Assembly: GCF_964188315.1 (NCBI RefSeq)
Contig: NC_135661.1
Coordinates: 27,404,001 to 27,468,000, forward strand
Reading direction: 5' to 3'
DNA from: Podarcis muralis
Taxonomy: Eukaryota
Length of the DNA stretch: 64,000 bases
This document shows, one piece after another, positions 1 through 11,010 of the stretch; the stretch's first letter is position 1, and each line of letters opens with the position of its first letter. The translations under genes were made by a program, and so were the position numbers. Under the pieces are notes generated by a model. That model was given only the letters and a program-made list of their open reading frames with translations. It had not been told where the DNA came from and searched no databases.

Positions 1-137
1 CTTTGAAGTCTTTCAGCCCCACTCACCTCACAGAGTGTTTGTTGTGGGGGAGGAAGGGAAAAGGAGAATGTTAGCTGCTTTGAGACTCCTTCAGGTAGTG
101 ATAAAGCGGGATATCAAATCCAAACTCTTCTTCTTCT
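1..137 (+). mobile_element. 3' part of Squam3-type (Ther1/MIR-derived) tRNA SINE, young lacertid subfamily
   Basis: Matches the 3' half of full copies at 1831, 3775 and 38441 (…GATATCAAATCCAAACTCTTCTTCTTCT tail); cut by the window edge. Confidence 0.85.
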
Positions 138-454
138 ACTGAGGCAATTACTGTACGTACTGGATTACCACAAGGACTACGGAGTGCTTTAAACCCTTGA
201 ACAACATAAGTGTTGTTCCCTGCATTGCTTCCATCGGCAGGAGGGGACAATAACTGCTTTCAAGGTTCCTCAACATGAAGTTCTCCTTGCAAGCACAAAA
301 CCGGAGGGGTGTGGATCTTTTTCAGTGAGGTGCTGGGCTTGTTTGTTTGCTGGAAGAGGGAGCTTCAAAGGGGGAACCTGGGACTCACCACCTGTGTGTT
401 TTGGGAAGAAATGCCCATTCTACTACCTCAGCAACCCCTTTCCAACCTCACTCT

Positions 455-660
455 GCCAGGGTTGCCTAGTGGTTAGGCTGCTGGACCTGGGAGACCAGAG
501 TTCAAAACTCCACTCAGCCATAAAGCTTGCTGGGTGCCCTCAGGTCAGTCAGTCGCTCTTGGCTTAACCTACCTCACAGGATTGTTGTGAGGATAGAATG
601 GGGAAGAGGAGAATTATGTCCGCCACCTTGAACTCCTTAGATGAAAGATGGGCATATAAA
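455..660 (+). mobile_element. Old MIR/Squam3A-like SINE
   Basis: tRNA-like head (TAGTGGTTAG…GAGTTCAAAACTCCACTCAGCCAT), core CTTAACCTACCTCACAGGATTGTTGTGAGGATA and tail GGGCATATAAA. Confidence 0.7.
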
Positions 661-1329
661 GGCTGTTGTCTTTGTTCTGCTACCCTCGTGAACCAGCCCC
701 ATTCTCCCCCCCCCCCAACCCCATGGATGGCAACTGACCTCTCTGGCTCTCAAAGGAAGCCTCTCCTAGACCCTCGCACAGAGGAAATGGGCACACAATG
801 GAGCCCCTTCTTCCCCACACCCGTTTGAAGCGAGCAAATGAGAACAAGGTTTCCGGCGGCAGCAAATGAGCATGTTGGAACGAACAAGAGGAGCTGTCTC
901 AGCAGGTGACACTCAACGCCCATCACAAGCAGCAGCTGAGACAGTTGCCTGCCACTCCACACTGCCGCAACCCCCTCCTGCGATCGAGACGCGCAGGGCC
1001 TGGCACGCCTGAGGCAGAGGCCGGGATGATCAAAAGAGGAGCTGACAAAGACCAGACCAGCAGCCGCTGAACTCTTGCAAAGCGGCTGCTGGAGCTTTCC
1101 TCTCGCACCTTCCTGACAGCTGCCTCAGAGCAGGTTGCCAATTGGACTGGACAGGTGGGGTCAGGCCTGCTCCGGATGGGCTGACCCTCCCTCTGAAAAG
1201 GCAGGTGTGCAGCCTGAGTGTGTGTGTGTGGGGGGGGGGAACGACACTTCTAGATCCACTACTGTTGCAGGAGGAACAGGAAGCCTCAGTGGATGGGAGA
1301 GCCTTCCATCAGCTTTGACTGGGGGCCCC

Positions 1330-1790
1330 AGCCATGGCTGTCTGGAGGCTAGATTACTGCAATGCATTATACGTGGGACTGCCTTTGAAGATGGTTCAGA
1401 AATGGTGGTTGGTGCAGAATTCAGCAGTCAGACTGCTAACTGGGACGAGAAAATTTGAGCGGGCAGCATCGATACTGGCATGTCTGCACTGGTTACCGGA
1501 TAGTTTCTGGACTCCATTTTAAGTGGTGGTCTTGACATATAAAGCCTAAGAAGCCTAAGGATCCCAATGTGTCTCCTCATCAAAACCAACCTGGATCCTG
1601 CCTTGATCATTTGAAGTCCTTCTCCAAGTGTCCCCTGAGGGAGGCACAGGGGGCGGCAACAGGAGACGGGGCCTTTTCAGTGGTGCCTCCCTTCTTGTGG
1701 AACCCTCTCCCCAGGGAAGAACACCAGACACCACCTTCCTCTATCTTTAGGCAGCAGACAAGAACAAGCCAGGCTTTGGGAGCTTAATTT
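1330..1790 (+). mobile_element. Old L2 LINE 3' fragment (ORF2 C-terminus)
   Basis: Encodes [19 protein letters not shown]…[10 protein letters not shown]…LHWLP, the typical L2 ORF2 C-terminal motif; later stops and frameshifts. Confidence 0.85.
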
Positions 1791-1830
1791 GGATACTAAT
1801 TTGATATTGTGCTCATGCTTTTAGTGGATT

Positions 1831-2079
1831 GAGAGCCAGTGTGGTGTAGTGGTTAGGAGCGGTAGTCTCGTAATCTGGGGAACCAGGTTCGCATCTCCGC
1901 TCCTCCACATGCAGCTGCTGGGTGACCTTGGGCTTGTCACACTTCTTTGAAATCTCTCAGCCCCACTCACCTCACAGAGAGTTTGTTGTGGGGGAGGAAG
2001 GGAAAGGAGAATGTTAGCCGCTTTGAGACTCCTTAGGGTAGTGATAAAGCGGGATATCAAATCCAAACTCTTCTTCTTC
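1831..2079 (+). mobile_element. Full-length Squam3-type tRNA SINE
   Basis: GAGAGCCAGTGTGGTGTAGTGGTTAG head with A-box and B-box-like GGTTCGCATC, (CTT)n tail; about 90% similar to other copies in the window. Confidence 0.9.
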
Positions 2080-2102
2080 ATCATCCTTTTATATAATGAA
2101 GA

Positions 2103-2145
2103 CAACAACAACAACAAACAACAAACAACAACAACAACAACAACG
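2103..2145. repeat. (AAC)n imperfect microsatellite
   Basis: Direct reading. Confidence 0.9.
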
Positions 2146-2973
2146 CACAAGTAGCTGCCACTCTTTCTATGTCCATTCCAGTGCCTTGGAGTGCCTTTAT
2201 CAGGCAGATTCCTCCACGAGATGAAAGAAAAATGTTATACAACTTGAGAAAGCAGAAATGTGAGTACTCAGAGGCATGTTGCTGGTGGGCACTTAGGGGA
2301 TGCCGTGCCAGACCAAATGGACCTTTGTCAGATCCAGCAATGAATTAATGCTTAGGAATAGGAAGAGTTCCCCTTAGAGATGCTTGAGGATTCAATATAT
2401 CTCTGCTATTACCATTAATTTAATTTGCCAGCCGCTTTATTTTGCCTAAGGCAACCCAAAATGACTTATTTTGTATCAAACTGACTACGCCTCCACTTTG
2501 CCTATTAGAATGCAGTCATCACCTGCCTTGGTTTAGTACCAATGAGAAAGTTGCATGGAATGGGAGCAGATTTATTCTCACAAGTATACCTGCTCTTTTT
2601 GTCCTTTCATTCTGAATTCAGGTTCCAGTTTGGGGCTGGGGGACAGTTCCATCTCTCCTAACTGTGGGCCTGGAGGTCACAGACAGAGAGGGAAGGTCCA
2701 GGTTCGCAAAACCAAGCCTGCCTCCTTTCCTCTGCCCCTGGCCTCAGCTGCAGAGAGGAGGTCAGGCACTGGGTCATCATAATAGGGCTCTCTGCCCCCC
2801 CATCTCTCCCCACTGCAGTGGACAGAGGGCCAGAGTCAAGCCAACTTGGGAGCAGGAGTGGCCACAAAGATCCACTTCTCCTCCTTCTCCTCCTCTCCCC
2901 ATGAGAAACACCAAGCTTTGCTCAGTCTCTGGAAATGCAGCACCGGATTCTGTTGTCGCATCTTGCTTTCCAG

Positions 2974-3015
2974 GCCGCTTTGCTTGTGGCGTAGCCACGT
3001 ATGAGGGGAAGAGAG
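2974..3015 (+). other. Candidate 42-nt exon of unknown transcript
   Basis: Acceptor TCTTGCTTTCCAG and consensus donor AG|GTGAGT; open only in phase 1 ((G)RFACGVATYEGKR(G)); peptide not recognised. Confidence 0.25.
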
Positions 3016-3774
3016 GTGAGTGCTTGTTTGGTCTGACAAATAAAGACAGCAAGCAAAGCAGCCGGCTTAGTGCTTCTGATCGCAAAGCAATTCTTTCGCA
3101 AGGCTGACGGGACACAACCCTGGCAGCACAAAGCCCTGAGCATCACGAAGGATTAGTCAACTGACAAGCTCCGGATAATAAGTCTAATTAATAATTTCCA
3201 TCTCTAAGGACTCCGCATCTCATTCAGCTTCCGTTTGTCTCTTCCCTTTATCTCTGGGCTTAACAGCCGCGGTCCTCTAAACTATGACGGGAGACTGGAG
3301 ATTGGAAAGGAAGACCAGAGGAATCGACGGAGGCGTGGCTGGCCTCAGATAAAGCACGTGGGGCACGTGGAACACCCCGCCACCGCCTCCTTCCAGCACA
3401 TGGGAATCACATGTCTGGGACGCCTGCTCAAAAACGGGGAGGGATTGCAGGTCCGTGTTAGAAGTTTGCTTGGCATGCAAAATGCCTCAGATCTGGTCCC
3501 CCTGCACCTGTCCAGTGCCATCTCCCAGCAGGACTTGGAGAGAACCCGGAGTCTGCAATCCTGGAGAGTCGCAGGCAATACGAAGTGAAATGGAGCAATG
3601 GTAAAGCAGTACTGAATGGTCCCCATTCAGAGGCACAGGTGAGGAGTGCAGTGCAGATCCCCCATGCATGTGGGCTCTTAATCTCCACTGTGGTCTCCAC
3701 AGTGCATCACCGGCAACATTTGGTGACAGCATTCCTGGAGGAAAGGGTGCAAGAAGCTAGTGGGCACTGAACCA

Positions 3775-4035
3775 GACAGCCAGTGTGGTATAGTGGTTAA
3801 GAGCAGTGGACTCGTAATCTGGTGAACTGGGTTCGATTCCCTGCTCTTCCACATGCAGCTGCTGGGTGACCTTGGGCTAGTCACACTTCTCTGAAGTCTC
3901 TCAGCCTCACTCGCCTCACAGAGTGTTTGTTGTCGGGAAGGAAGGGAAAGGAGGTTGTTAGATGCTTTGAGAGTCCTTTGGGCAGTGATAAAGCAGGATA
4001 TCAAATCCGAACTCCTCCTCCTCCTCTTCTTCTTC
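3775..4035 (+). mobile_element. Full-length Squam3-type tRNA SINE
   Basis: Same head, body and tail as 1831-2079, with a (CCT)n(CTT)n tail. Confidence 0.9.
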
Positions 4036-4289
4036 CAGAAGGAGTTGGTGGTCCAGTGTGCTTTCTTTTCTGCTGCTCTAGATGGCCACTGACATTAGAA
4101 GCAGCTACCTTCCGACCTGCTCAAATGGGTGCTCACATGCCACAAGGGAACCCATGATGTCAGAAGTCTTCCTGATTTTATTCATCTCTCGGTCAGGCAG
4201 AGTCCTGCGTGCATCCAACAGCTTGTCTGTTCTCTCACACCAACAGAAGCGGTGAAAACCTCACAAATCTTGCTTAACACTTTGCAAAA

Positions 4290-4291
4290 TG

Positions 4292-4330
<39 letters not shown>
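4290..4330. repeat. (CT)n microsatellite
   Basis: Direct reading. Confidence 0.9.
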
Positions 4331-4333
<3 letters not shown>

Positions 4334-5659
4334 GTCTACCTTCTGTGCTGAACCCCAGCTGTGGGGTCTTTTCTTTCTATAGCATTATGATGCCACCAAA
4401 GCACAGAGAACAGGAAGATAAAACCCACTGCAAATTGGGCAACCTGAGTGGGTTGCCTGCCTACAGAGCAGGTAAATAAAGGGGAAATGATGAAGAGAAA
4501 ATGGCAACATTTCCACTAGAGGGGATGTTGCACTGGTACACCTTTCTGGTACCTCAATAGATTTATCTACCATAATTATGTACACAGATCTGTCTGTCTA
4601 CCTATCTTAGTGCTGATCCAAAAATAGGTGCCAAGTATGCTACTCCATTTTGCAGGCAGAGAATTTGGGGTCCAAAATGCGAAACAAATATTTTTTTGGG
4701 GGGAGGGGGAGGAATGATGTTCAAAAATCTGCCAAGATTTAAAGAGGGTGTGTCCATTTGAGGTGTGTGAGTGCCACAGATTATTCTTTTTAAAACCCTT
4801 TCCTGCCACCAACTCTGTGTCGTTCTAAGGTAATGGAGGAGTGGGTCATAGCAGCTCTGGCTCTGCAAATGTTGTGGGACTCCAGCTCTAGCCAGCATGA
4901 CCAATGGTCAGGGATAATGGGAGATGGAGTCCAGCAATATCTGGGAGACCTTGGGTACCCTATCCCTGTTCTAAGGATGGAAGAGAATGGTGGTTGCCGT
5001 AAATGGATTCCTTACCCCCAGAGTTACATCACATCCATGATAGGGTGCAGTCAACAGGATGCCCTCCAGATCTTCCTGAACTATAGCTCCCACCACTGTG
5101 GACCATTGTCCATGCTGGTACCATTAGTAGCTCCTTGACAGAGAGGAGGTAAATGAGCTTGAGGAGATGGTGTTGTTTGATGAGCTCCTGAGCCAGTTCA
5201 CTGCTTGAGAGAATCTGGGCAAGGTAAGGCTTGATCCACACTGATCACGGCATTACTAGTCTGCTAGTGGTGGCTATGCACAGGGAGGTCTCACTGTAGT
5301 TTGACTGCAGCTGGTTGGAAACCTGGGCTAGCAAGTGCCAGGGTATCCTGACCCCAAAGCCCAATGTGTCCAGAACCTTCAAGCTCCTGAGATGTTGGCC
5401 CCAAACTCTGGATGCAGCAGGTGACAAGCCAGGTTAGCAAAGATGCCTTCTGAACACCAATAAGCAGATCAAGGCCGGTGCTGTTGCCATCCTGGACTCC
5501 TTCAGGTGGAAGGGCGGGGTATAACCTGGAGTTGCGTGACTCCTGCAATAGCTTCCCGAGCAGGTCAAGAGCCCCATAGATGGTAAGGAGTTTAACACAA
5601 AAGATCTTCACAAAACACTGCAAAGCAGCTCATCTGTTGAAGGTGAGCAAAGAGTGGTA

Positions 5660-6153
5660 CAGTGCTACCTCGGGTTACAGACGCTTCAGGTTACAGACTC
5701 CACTAACCCAGAAATAGTACCTCAGGTTAAGAACTTTGCTTCAGGATGAGAACAGAAATTGTGTGGCGGCAGCAGGAGGCCCCATTAGCTAAAGTGGTAC
5801 CTCAGGTAGAAGAAGAAGAGGAGGAGGAGGAGGAGGAGGAGGAGGAGGAGGAGGAGGAGGAGGAGGAGGAGTTTGGATTTGATATCCCGCTTTATCACTA
5901 CCCTAAGGAGTCTCAAAGCGGCTAACAATCTCCTTTCCCTTCCTCCCCCACAACAAACACTCTGCGAGTGAGACTGAGAGACTTCAGAGAAGTGTGACTA
6001 GCCCAAGGTCACCCAGCAGCTGCATGTGGAGGAGCAGGGAATCAAACCCGGTTCACCAGATTACGAGTCCACTGCTCTTAACCACTACACAACAGTTTCA
6101 GGTTAAGAATGGACCTCCAGAACGAATTAAGTTCTTAACCCGAGGTACCATTG
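5660..6153 (+). mobile_element. Tc1/mariner (pogo/Tigger-like) MITE interrupted by a SINE
   Basis: TIRs CAGTGCTACCTCGGGTTA…TAACCCGAGGTACCATTG, TA duplication at 5658-59 and 6154-55; body as in copies at 33546, 42044 and 49395. Confidence 0.9.
5808..6090 (-). mobile_element. Squam3-type SINE inserted in the mariner MITE
   Basis: Reverse complement of the SINE with a long (GAG)n/(GAA)n tail at 5808-5870; the MITE resumes at 6091. Confidence 0.9.
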
Positions 6154-7639
6154 TAACCTCCTTCACCCATCCAAGCTGGAAGAGAAACTTGGGAGGAAGA
6201 TCTGGTAAACCGCTGAGCATCGTGAGCTGGGCAAATGAGTCTCCTGCCCCGGGAACAATGCAGGTCAGTGCCATCATAACTCAGCGTGTTCCTAGATCCC
6301 AAAACAAGTTCCTTGACCAGGCGTTTGGGTTGACTGGTGTGCTGAGGGCACTTCCAGGGCAAACACGTCTCTGAGCCTTTCTTCACCCCCCTTTCCTCAT
6401 GCACACAAACATGCACACACTTGCAGCTGCAAACCTTGTCGCCTTGAAAATAAAGGATCCTCAACACGGTCAAATCAAATAACAAACACGCTCTCAGCAA
6501 CTGGGGATGGTGTCTTGGTATTCTCCCCCCCCCCCAGCCTAATCGGAATGAACATCCGGCAATTCATTTCCTCAGCCTGCCTGGCCCATGTTCTTGTCAA
6601 GGAAAAAGGTATTGCTGACCTCCCTTTGTTATGACTTTCCTTGTCACCTTATCGGCCCCGGCGCAGCAAGCAGGGGAGATAGTTTTGAAAAGACAAATAA
6701 TTAAAGGGATGAAATGTGAAAGGGAACAAAAATCTACAGTTCAGCTCCATTTAAGATACTGTGAAGTCAACACTTACAGTCAAGGTGCCAATTTGAGACG
6801 CCTTTGCCACCTTGTTATGAAGCGATAATATGTAGCCTCTGGCTAAGTTCACAAGAGCTTTTAACACCCTCCTATACATCAGGCAGACATATATGATGGC
6901 GGTGGGGGGGGGCAGAGGAGCTACTTACCAACCATGATTTCAAGGCGGACAGGGCGTGTTTGTGGAGATGGGTTAGAGTTATTGTAATGGGAGCTACCCA
7001 AGCGCACACACGTGCCTTTATTGTACATTTATGGGTAACAGAGGCAGGAGTTCACACTTAGGGCCTCTTTTATCACCCAGTAATGGTGCTTCTCTCCCAA
7101 GGGAGTGGTAAATTAACACATGCCATCTACAGCATGAATTTACACCCCTTTATACAAAAGTAACCCAACACCCCAGCCTCTGGAGGACCAGCTATCTCGG
7201 AATGCCTTTGGGCAAAGAAAACATTGCTATGCCTCCAGGCACCATAGTGAGGAGAGGAGAGGATTCTCCGTGCACAGTTCAAAGAAGCATGCTTATCCCT
7301 TTCTTCTCCAAGGAGCCGAGAGTGGCTGCTATGAAACACAGAGCCCCCTCCTGCCACAGGTTTATCTTCACAACAACCCTGTGAGGAGTGTTGGGGTGAG
7401 AAACGCCTGCAGCACTATGGACTGCCTACTCCCTGCCTCAGCTACTTGCCTGGCAACCAGATGCCTGCACGGTCAAGGAATGAATGGGACGGCAAGAGTT
7501 TTTTTGGGTGCTGTGTGTGCTGATTTACTGCAAACAAAAGACTTACCAGCTTTTTTTAAAAAAGGGACAGCCTTACAAAGTTCACACAGAAACATAATAA
7601 TGCTTGCCTTAACTCGCTTGTGGAAACAATTCAGAGGTC

Positions 7640-7872
7640 ATTAAGAAGAAAAACGATAACAACAAGAAGATCAAAAGATGGGACTTGTGAATCCAAAAGC
7701 AGCAGAAATATGAGATGATCGGACCCTTACTGAACTCGAAGCATGGGAACCCCCAACAAAAATTTAAAATTTGGCAAAATATTTGGACTTTTTGATATGT
7801 ATTGGTATAATTTGGAATAACTAATGTGACATGATTGGATTGTTAAATGGAAAAGTTAATAAAAAATTATTT
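7640..7872 (+). mobile_element. Possible L1-type LINE AT-rich 3' end
   Basis: AT-rich segment ending …GGAAAAGTTAATAAAAAATTATTT, resembling squamate L1 3' termini as recalled; no coding support. Confidence 0.3.
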
Positions 7873-8110
7873 AGAGTTTTTTGGGGTGCTAACTATGAAC
7901 CCCAGTTTGATGTACGGTATCTACCACTCAGTTTGTTTGTTTGTGGGTGTGTGTTGCAAAACACGGGGTCTGCGCTGCAAAACCCTGAAAAAACAAAAAC
8001 AGCAGAACTTTGCCACCAGTTTGGAAGGGACCCCAAATGAAGCAGAATAAGATTGCTCACAAAACATACAAGGGAATTTTGCAGCAACTCCTTGAGCAAC
8101 TTCCAGAGGA

Positions 8111-8222
8111 CCAGACGTGCTGGTCTGTTGCCACAAAAGCAGCAGCGACTTGTTAAAGACTAACAGATTTATTGTGGCAGAAACGTTTCGTGGACCGGAG
8201 CCAGCTTTGTCGGAGGTGTGAA
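8111..8222 (-). mobile_element. Penelope-like element pseudo-LTR remnant with degenerate hammerhead ribozyme
   Basis: CGTGCTGGTCTGT…TAAAGACTAACAGATTTATTGTGGCAGAAACGTTTCGTGGAC aligns to the recalled reptile Penelope terminus (…GTGTTAGTCTGT…CTTAGAGACTAACAAATTTATTTGGGCATAAGCTTTCGTGGG…). Confidence 0.7.
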
Positions 8223-8464
8223 ACGCTACCCTTCGCCAGCAAGCGCACACAGAGTTGTACCCAGTAGTCGTTCTGCTCAGAGTAAACCTTTCGACGGGTC
8301 TTCTTTGAGGAGGTCTGACACCGGATGCAACTCAAGACGCACACCGAAAAATGGATATGAAGCAAAAGAGGGACAGGAGGCCCGTGACATTTCAGCGTGA
8401 AGCTCAAACGCACCCAAGATGAACACGGTGCCCCTTCACAAGAGCAGAAACTGGCCACCAACCA

Positions 8465-8710
8465 GGGCGGCTTTAAAAAAGGGATTAGACAGAAAGTTCA
8501 TGGAGCGTAAGGCTACCAATGACTACTAGCCAGGATGGCTAAGCTCTGCCTCTGTAGTCAGAGGCAGTGATGCTTCTGAACACCAGTTTGTAGAGGCTGC
8601 TGGAGGGGAGAGAGCTGTTGTCCATGGATCCTGCCCACAGGCTTACCATAGGCATCTGGGCAGCCACTGTGAGAACTGGACTAGATGGGCCCCCTTTGGC
8701 CTGATCCAAC
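8465..8710 (+). mobile_element. Old CR1 LINE 3' end (ORF2 end plus 3' UTR)
   Basis: GGCTTTAAAAAAGGGATTAGAC…TTCATGGA…GGCTACCAATGACTACTAG (decayed GFKKGLDKFME…NGY*) followed by …GGACTAGATGGGCCC…GGCCTGATCCA. Confidence 0.75.
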
Positions 8711-9057
8711 ATTTCTCCAATGAAAATAGGGATGTCCTATTCCATCATCATCATATTATTATTATCCCACCCATCTGACTGGGGTACTACTCTGGGCAGC
8801 TACAAAAACACAATGAAACATTAAACATTAAAACACTTCCCTATACAGGGCTGCCTTCAGGTATCTTCTAAACAGGTTGTATAGCTACTTATCTCCTTGG
8901 CTTGGGGGTCGCCTAACTGCATACCCTCCAACACATTTCTGATGAAAATAGGGACGTCCTAAGGAAAAGGGGGACATTCCGGGATCAAATAAGAAATCAG
9001 GATGGCTTCTGTAAATCCAGGACTGTCCCTGGAAAACAGGGATACTTGGAGGGTCTG
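8705..9057 (-). mobile_element. Composite TIR element (hAT-like ends) containing a captured L2 3' end, copy A
   Basis: On the minus strand starts CAGACCCTCCAA; internal terminus TTGGAGGGTATG (8920-8931), then L2 tail, then a repeat of the ~35-bp right end (8705-8737); same architecture as 41784-43171. Confidence 0.75.
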
Positions 9058-9258
9058 CTATTTTCTTATATATGGCTTTACCATGCTAATTTAAAAGCTC
9101 TCATGGGAAAGGAAAGCCAAGGTCTTGATTGAGTCCTAAATGAACAGAGCCTAACACTGATTTTTTATTTATTTTTTAGAGCATAACACTGATGAATTCT
9201 AAATAAATCTGCCCCCTTCTTTTGAACCAGCACCTATAGGTTGTTATCTGATTAAATC

Positions 9259-9323
9259 CTACTCAGAATCGACCCATTGAAATCAACAGATTTTAGCCAG
9301 GTCCATGGGCCTACTCTGAGTAG
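9259..9323. repeat. Old palindromic (MITE-like) squamate repeat
   Basis: Imperfect inverted arms CTACTCAGAATCGACCCATTG / CCATGGGCCTACTCTGAGTAG; related decayed copies near 19345-19420, 33035-33110 and 58280-58360. Confidence 0.55.
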
Positions 9324-10107
9324 AACCAACATTGGCTTCAACCCTATGCTATGCTATAGAAGTAATGTATGGTTTAAGTTTAAGACTGGAGACCGGAGCC
9401 TGCCAAGATCCCACAAATCTGCTGTGCAGTTGGGGGGGAAACCAGCATCACAACGGTGAACTCGACAGCAGGATGATGCTTGGCAAATGGCAGCCAGCCC
9501 TGCAATCTCACAACAGCCAGATGTGTTTGAGCCTCCCAAGCTACTAATTCTCAACAGCAGAAGGGAAACACTCCATTCTGCCATTCAGCTGGGCCAAAAC
9601 TGACAGCAAAGCCAACTCGCATTCCTGGCAGTATTAATCGCTGTAAATACAGGCCTGTTTTCCATTGCTAGAAGTCTGGTGCTGTCTAAACACACACACA
9701 AACTTGTGTTTCTCTACACACAGAGACAAGTCCTTCACTTTGTCAAACAAGTCTCTTAGCGCAGAAGCCTTTCCAAGGGTTTGAAAAGGAACTGGCACAG
9801 ATTGCATCCGAAGGAAAGACATTCCCTTTGCTGGTGAGGAGTGCGAGTCCTTCTAGAAAGCAGGGCTATTACTAAAATTTATTCTACAGCCTGCAGTGGA
9901 TCTCTTGGCACTACAGAATATGTGGAAGTACAAGAAGCAGCCTCATTACAAGATGCTTCCTTCTAGCCTACCTACCAAGGTATAAATTAGGAGTGGTTCA
10001 AATCTCAGAGGTAAAGGCCAAGAAGCAATCTTCTCTGCTGGAAGAGTTGCAACCCAACGGCCAAGTGTTTTACCCTCCTAGCTAGACCCTGATCCCTTCC
10101 TCATCTT

Positions 10108-10398
10108 GAAGAAGAAGAAGAAGAAGAAGAAGAGGAGGAGGAGGAGGAGGAGGAGGAGGAGGAGTTTGGATTTGATATCCCGCCTTTCACTCCCCTTCAG
10201 GAGTCTCAAAGCGGCTAACATTCTCCTTTCCCTTCCTCCCCCACAACAAACACTCTGTGAGGTGAGTGGGGCTGAGAGACTTCAGAGAAGTGTGACTAGC
10301 CCAAGGTCACCCAGCAGCTGCATGTGGAGGAGTGGAGGCACGAACCCGGTTCCCCAGATTACGAGACTACCGCTCTTAACCACTACACCACACTGGCT
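10108..10398 (-). mobile_element. Full-length Squam3-type SINE
   Basis: Reverse-complement copy with a (GAA)n(GAG)n tail at 10108-10163. Confidence 0.9.
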
Positions 10399-10861
10399 GT
10401 GAGAAAACAAAAACCCTGAGACGCAACACAGGGCACCCTAGCCCAGGATATAAGTCACCTGCGGATTCTCTCTCTCTGGGCTCAACTGCCTTTTATTAAT
10501 TATTACTCTGTTCATCACCAGCAGACATGGCACTTCCTAGAGAAAAGATAAAGAGGTCTGAGCTCCACAGAGCAAACCCTTTAAACATGGGCAAAAAAGG
10601 GGGACTGAGAGAGGGAAGGGAGGAAGGAAGGATCACTTCCCAAGCATCCAAGGATGCTAAGAGACTACTCAGATTTATACTAAGGGATGCTGGCTGGGTC
10701 TGCCTGCCAACTATCCATGCATCCATCCATCCTTTCTTTTCCCAAGCAGCCTGAGGTTGAACAAAAAACTCAAAAGCATAAAATCATCAAGTTATTTAAA
10801 AATTAAAAACCAAACAGTGAAGAGGCCAAAGAGAGAGAGAGATTAAAACAACTCCTATCTG

Positions 10862-11010
10862 TAGAAAGGTCAATTGGTTAGAGCATGGTGCTGATAATGC
10901 CAAGGTTGCAGGTTTGATTCCTATATGGGACAGCTGTGCATTCCTACACTGCAGGGGGTTGGACTAGATGACCCTCAGAACCCCTTCCAACTCTATAATG
11001 CTATGATTCT
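10862..11010 (+). mobile_element. tRNA-Ile-derived SINE with CR1-type 3' tail
   Basis: Head TTGGTTAGAGCATGGTGCTGATAATGCCAAGGTTGCAGGTTTGATTCC resembles tRNA-Ile; tail GGGGGTTGGACTAGATGA…CCTTCCAACTCTA…ATGATTCT. Confidence 0.8.

Noticed and set aside
8873-8890. let-7-like AGGTTGTATAG
   Set aside because: Part of the chimeric repeat (also at 42590-42605, reverse); no 5' let-7 seed or hairpin
10106-10402. ORFs with poly-K/R, poly-L/Y/I/H or V/C runs (also 1821, 23027, 27849, 39061, 53925)
   Set aside because: Translations of microsatellites and SINE bodies
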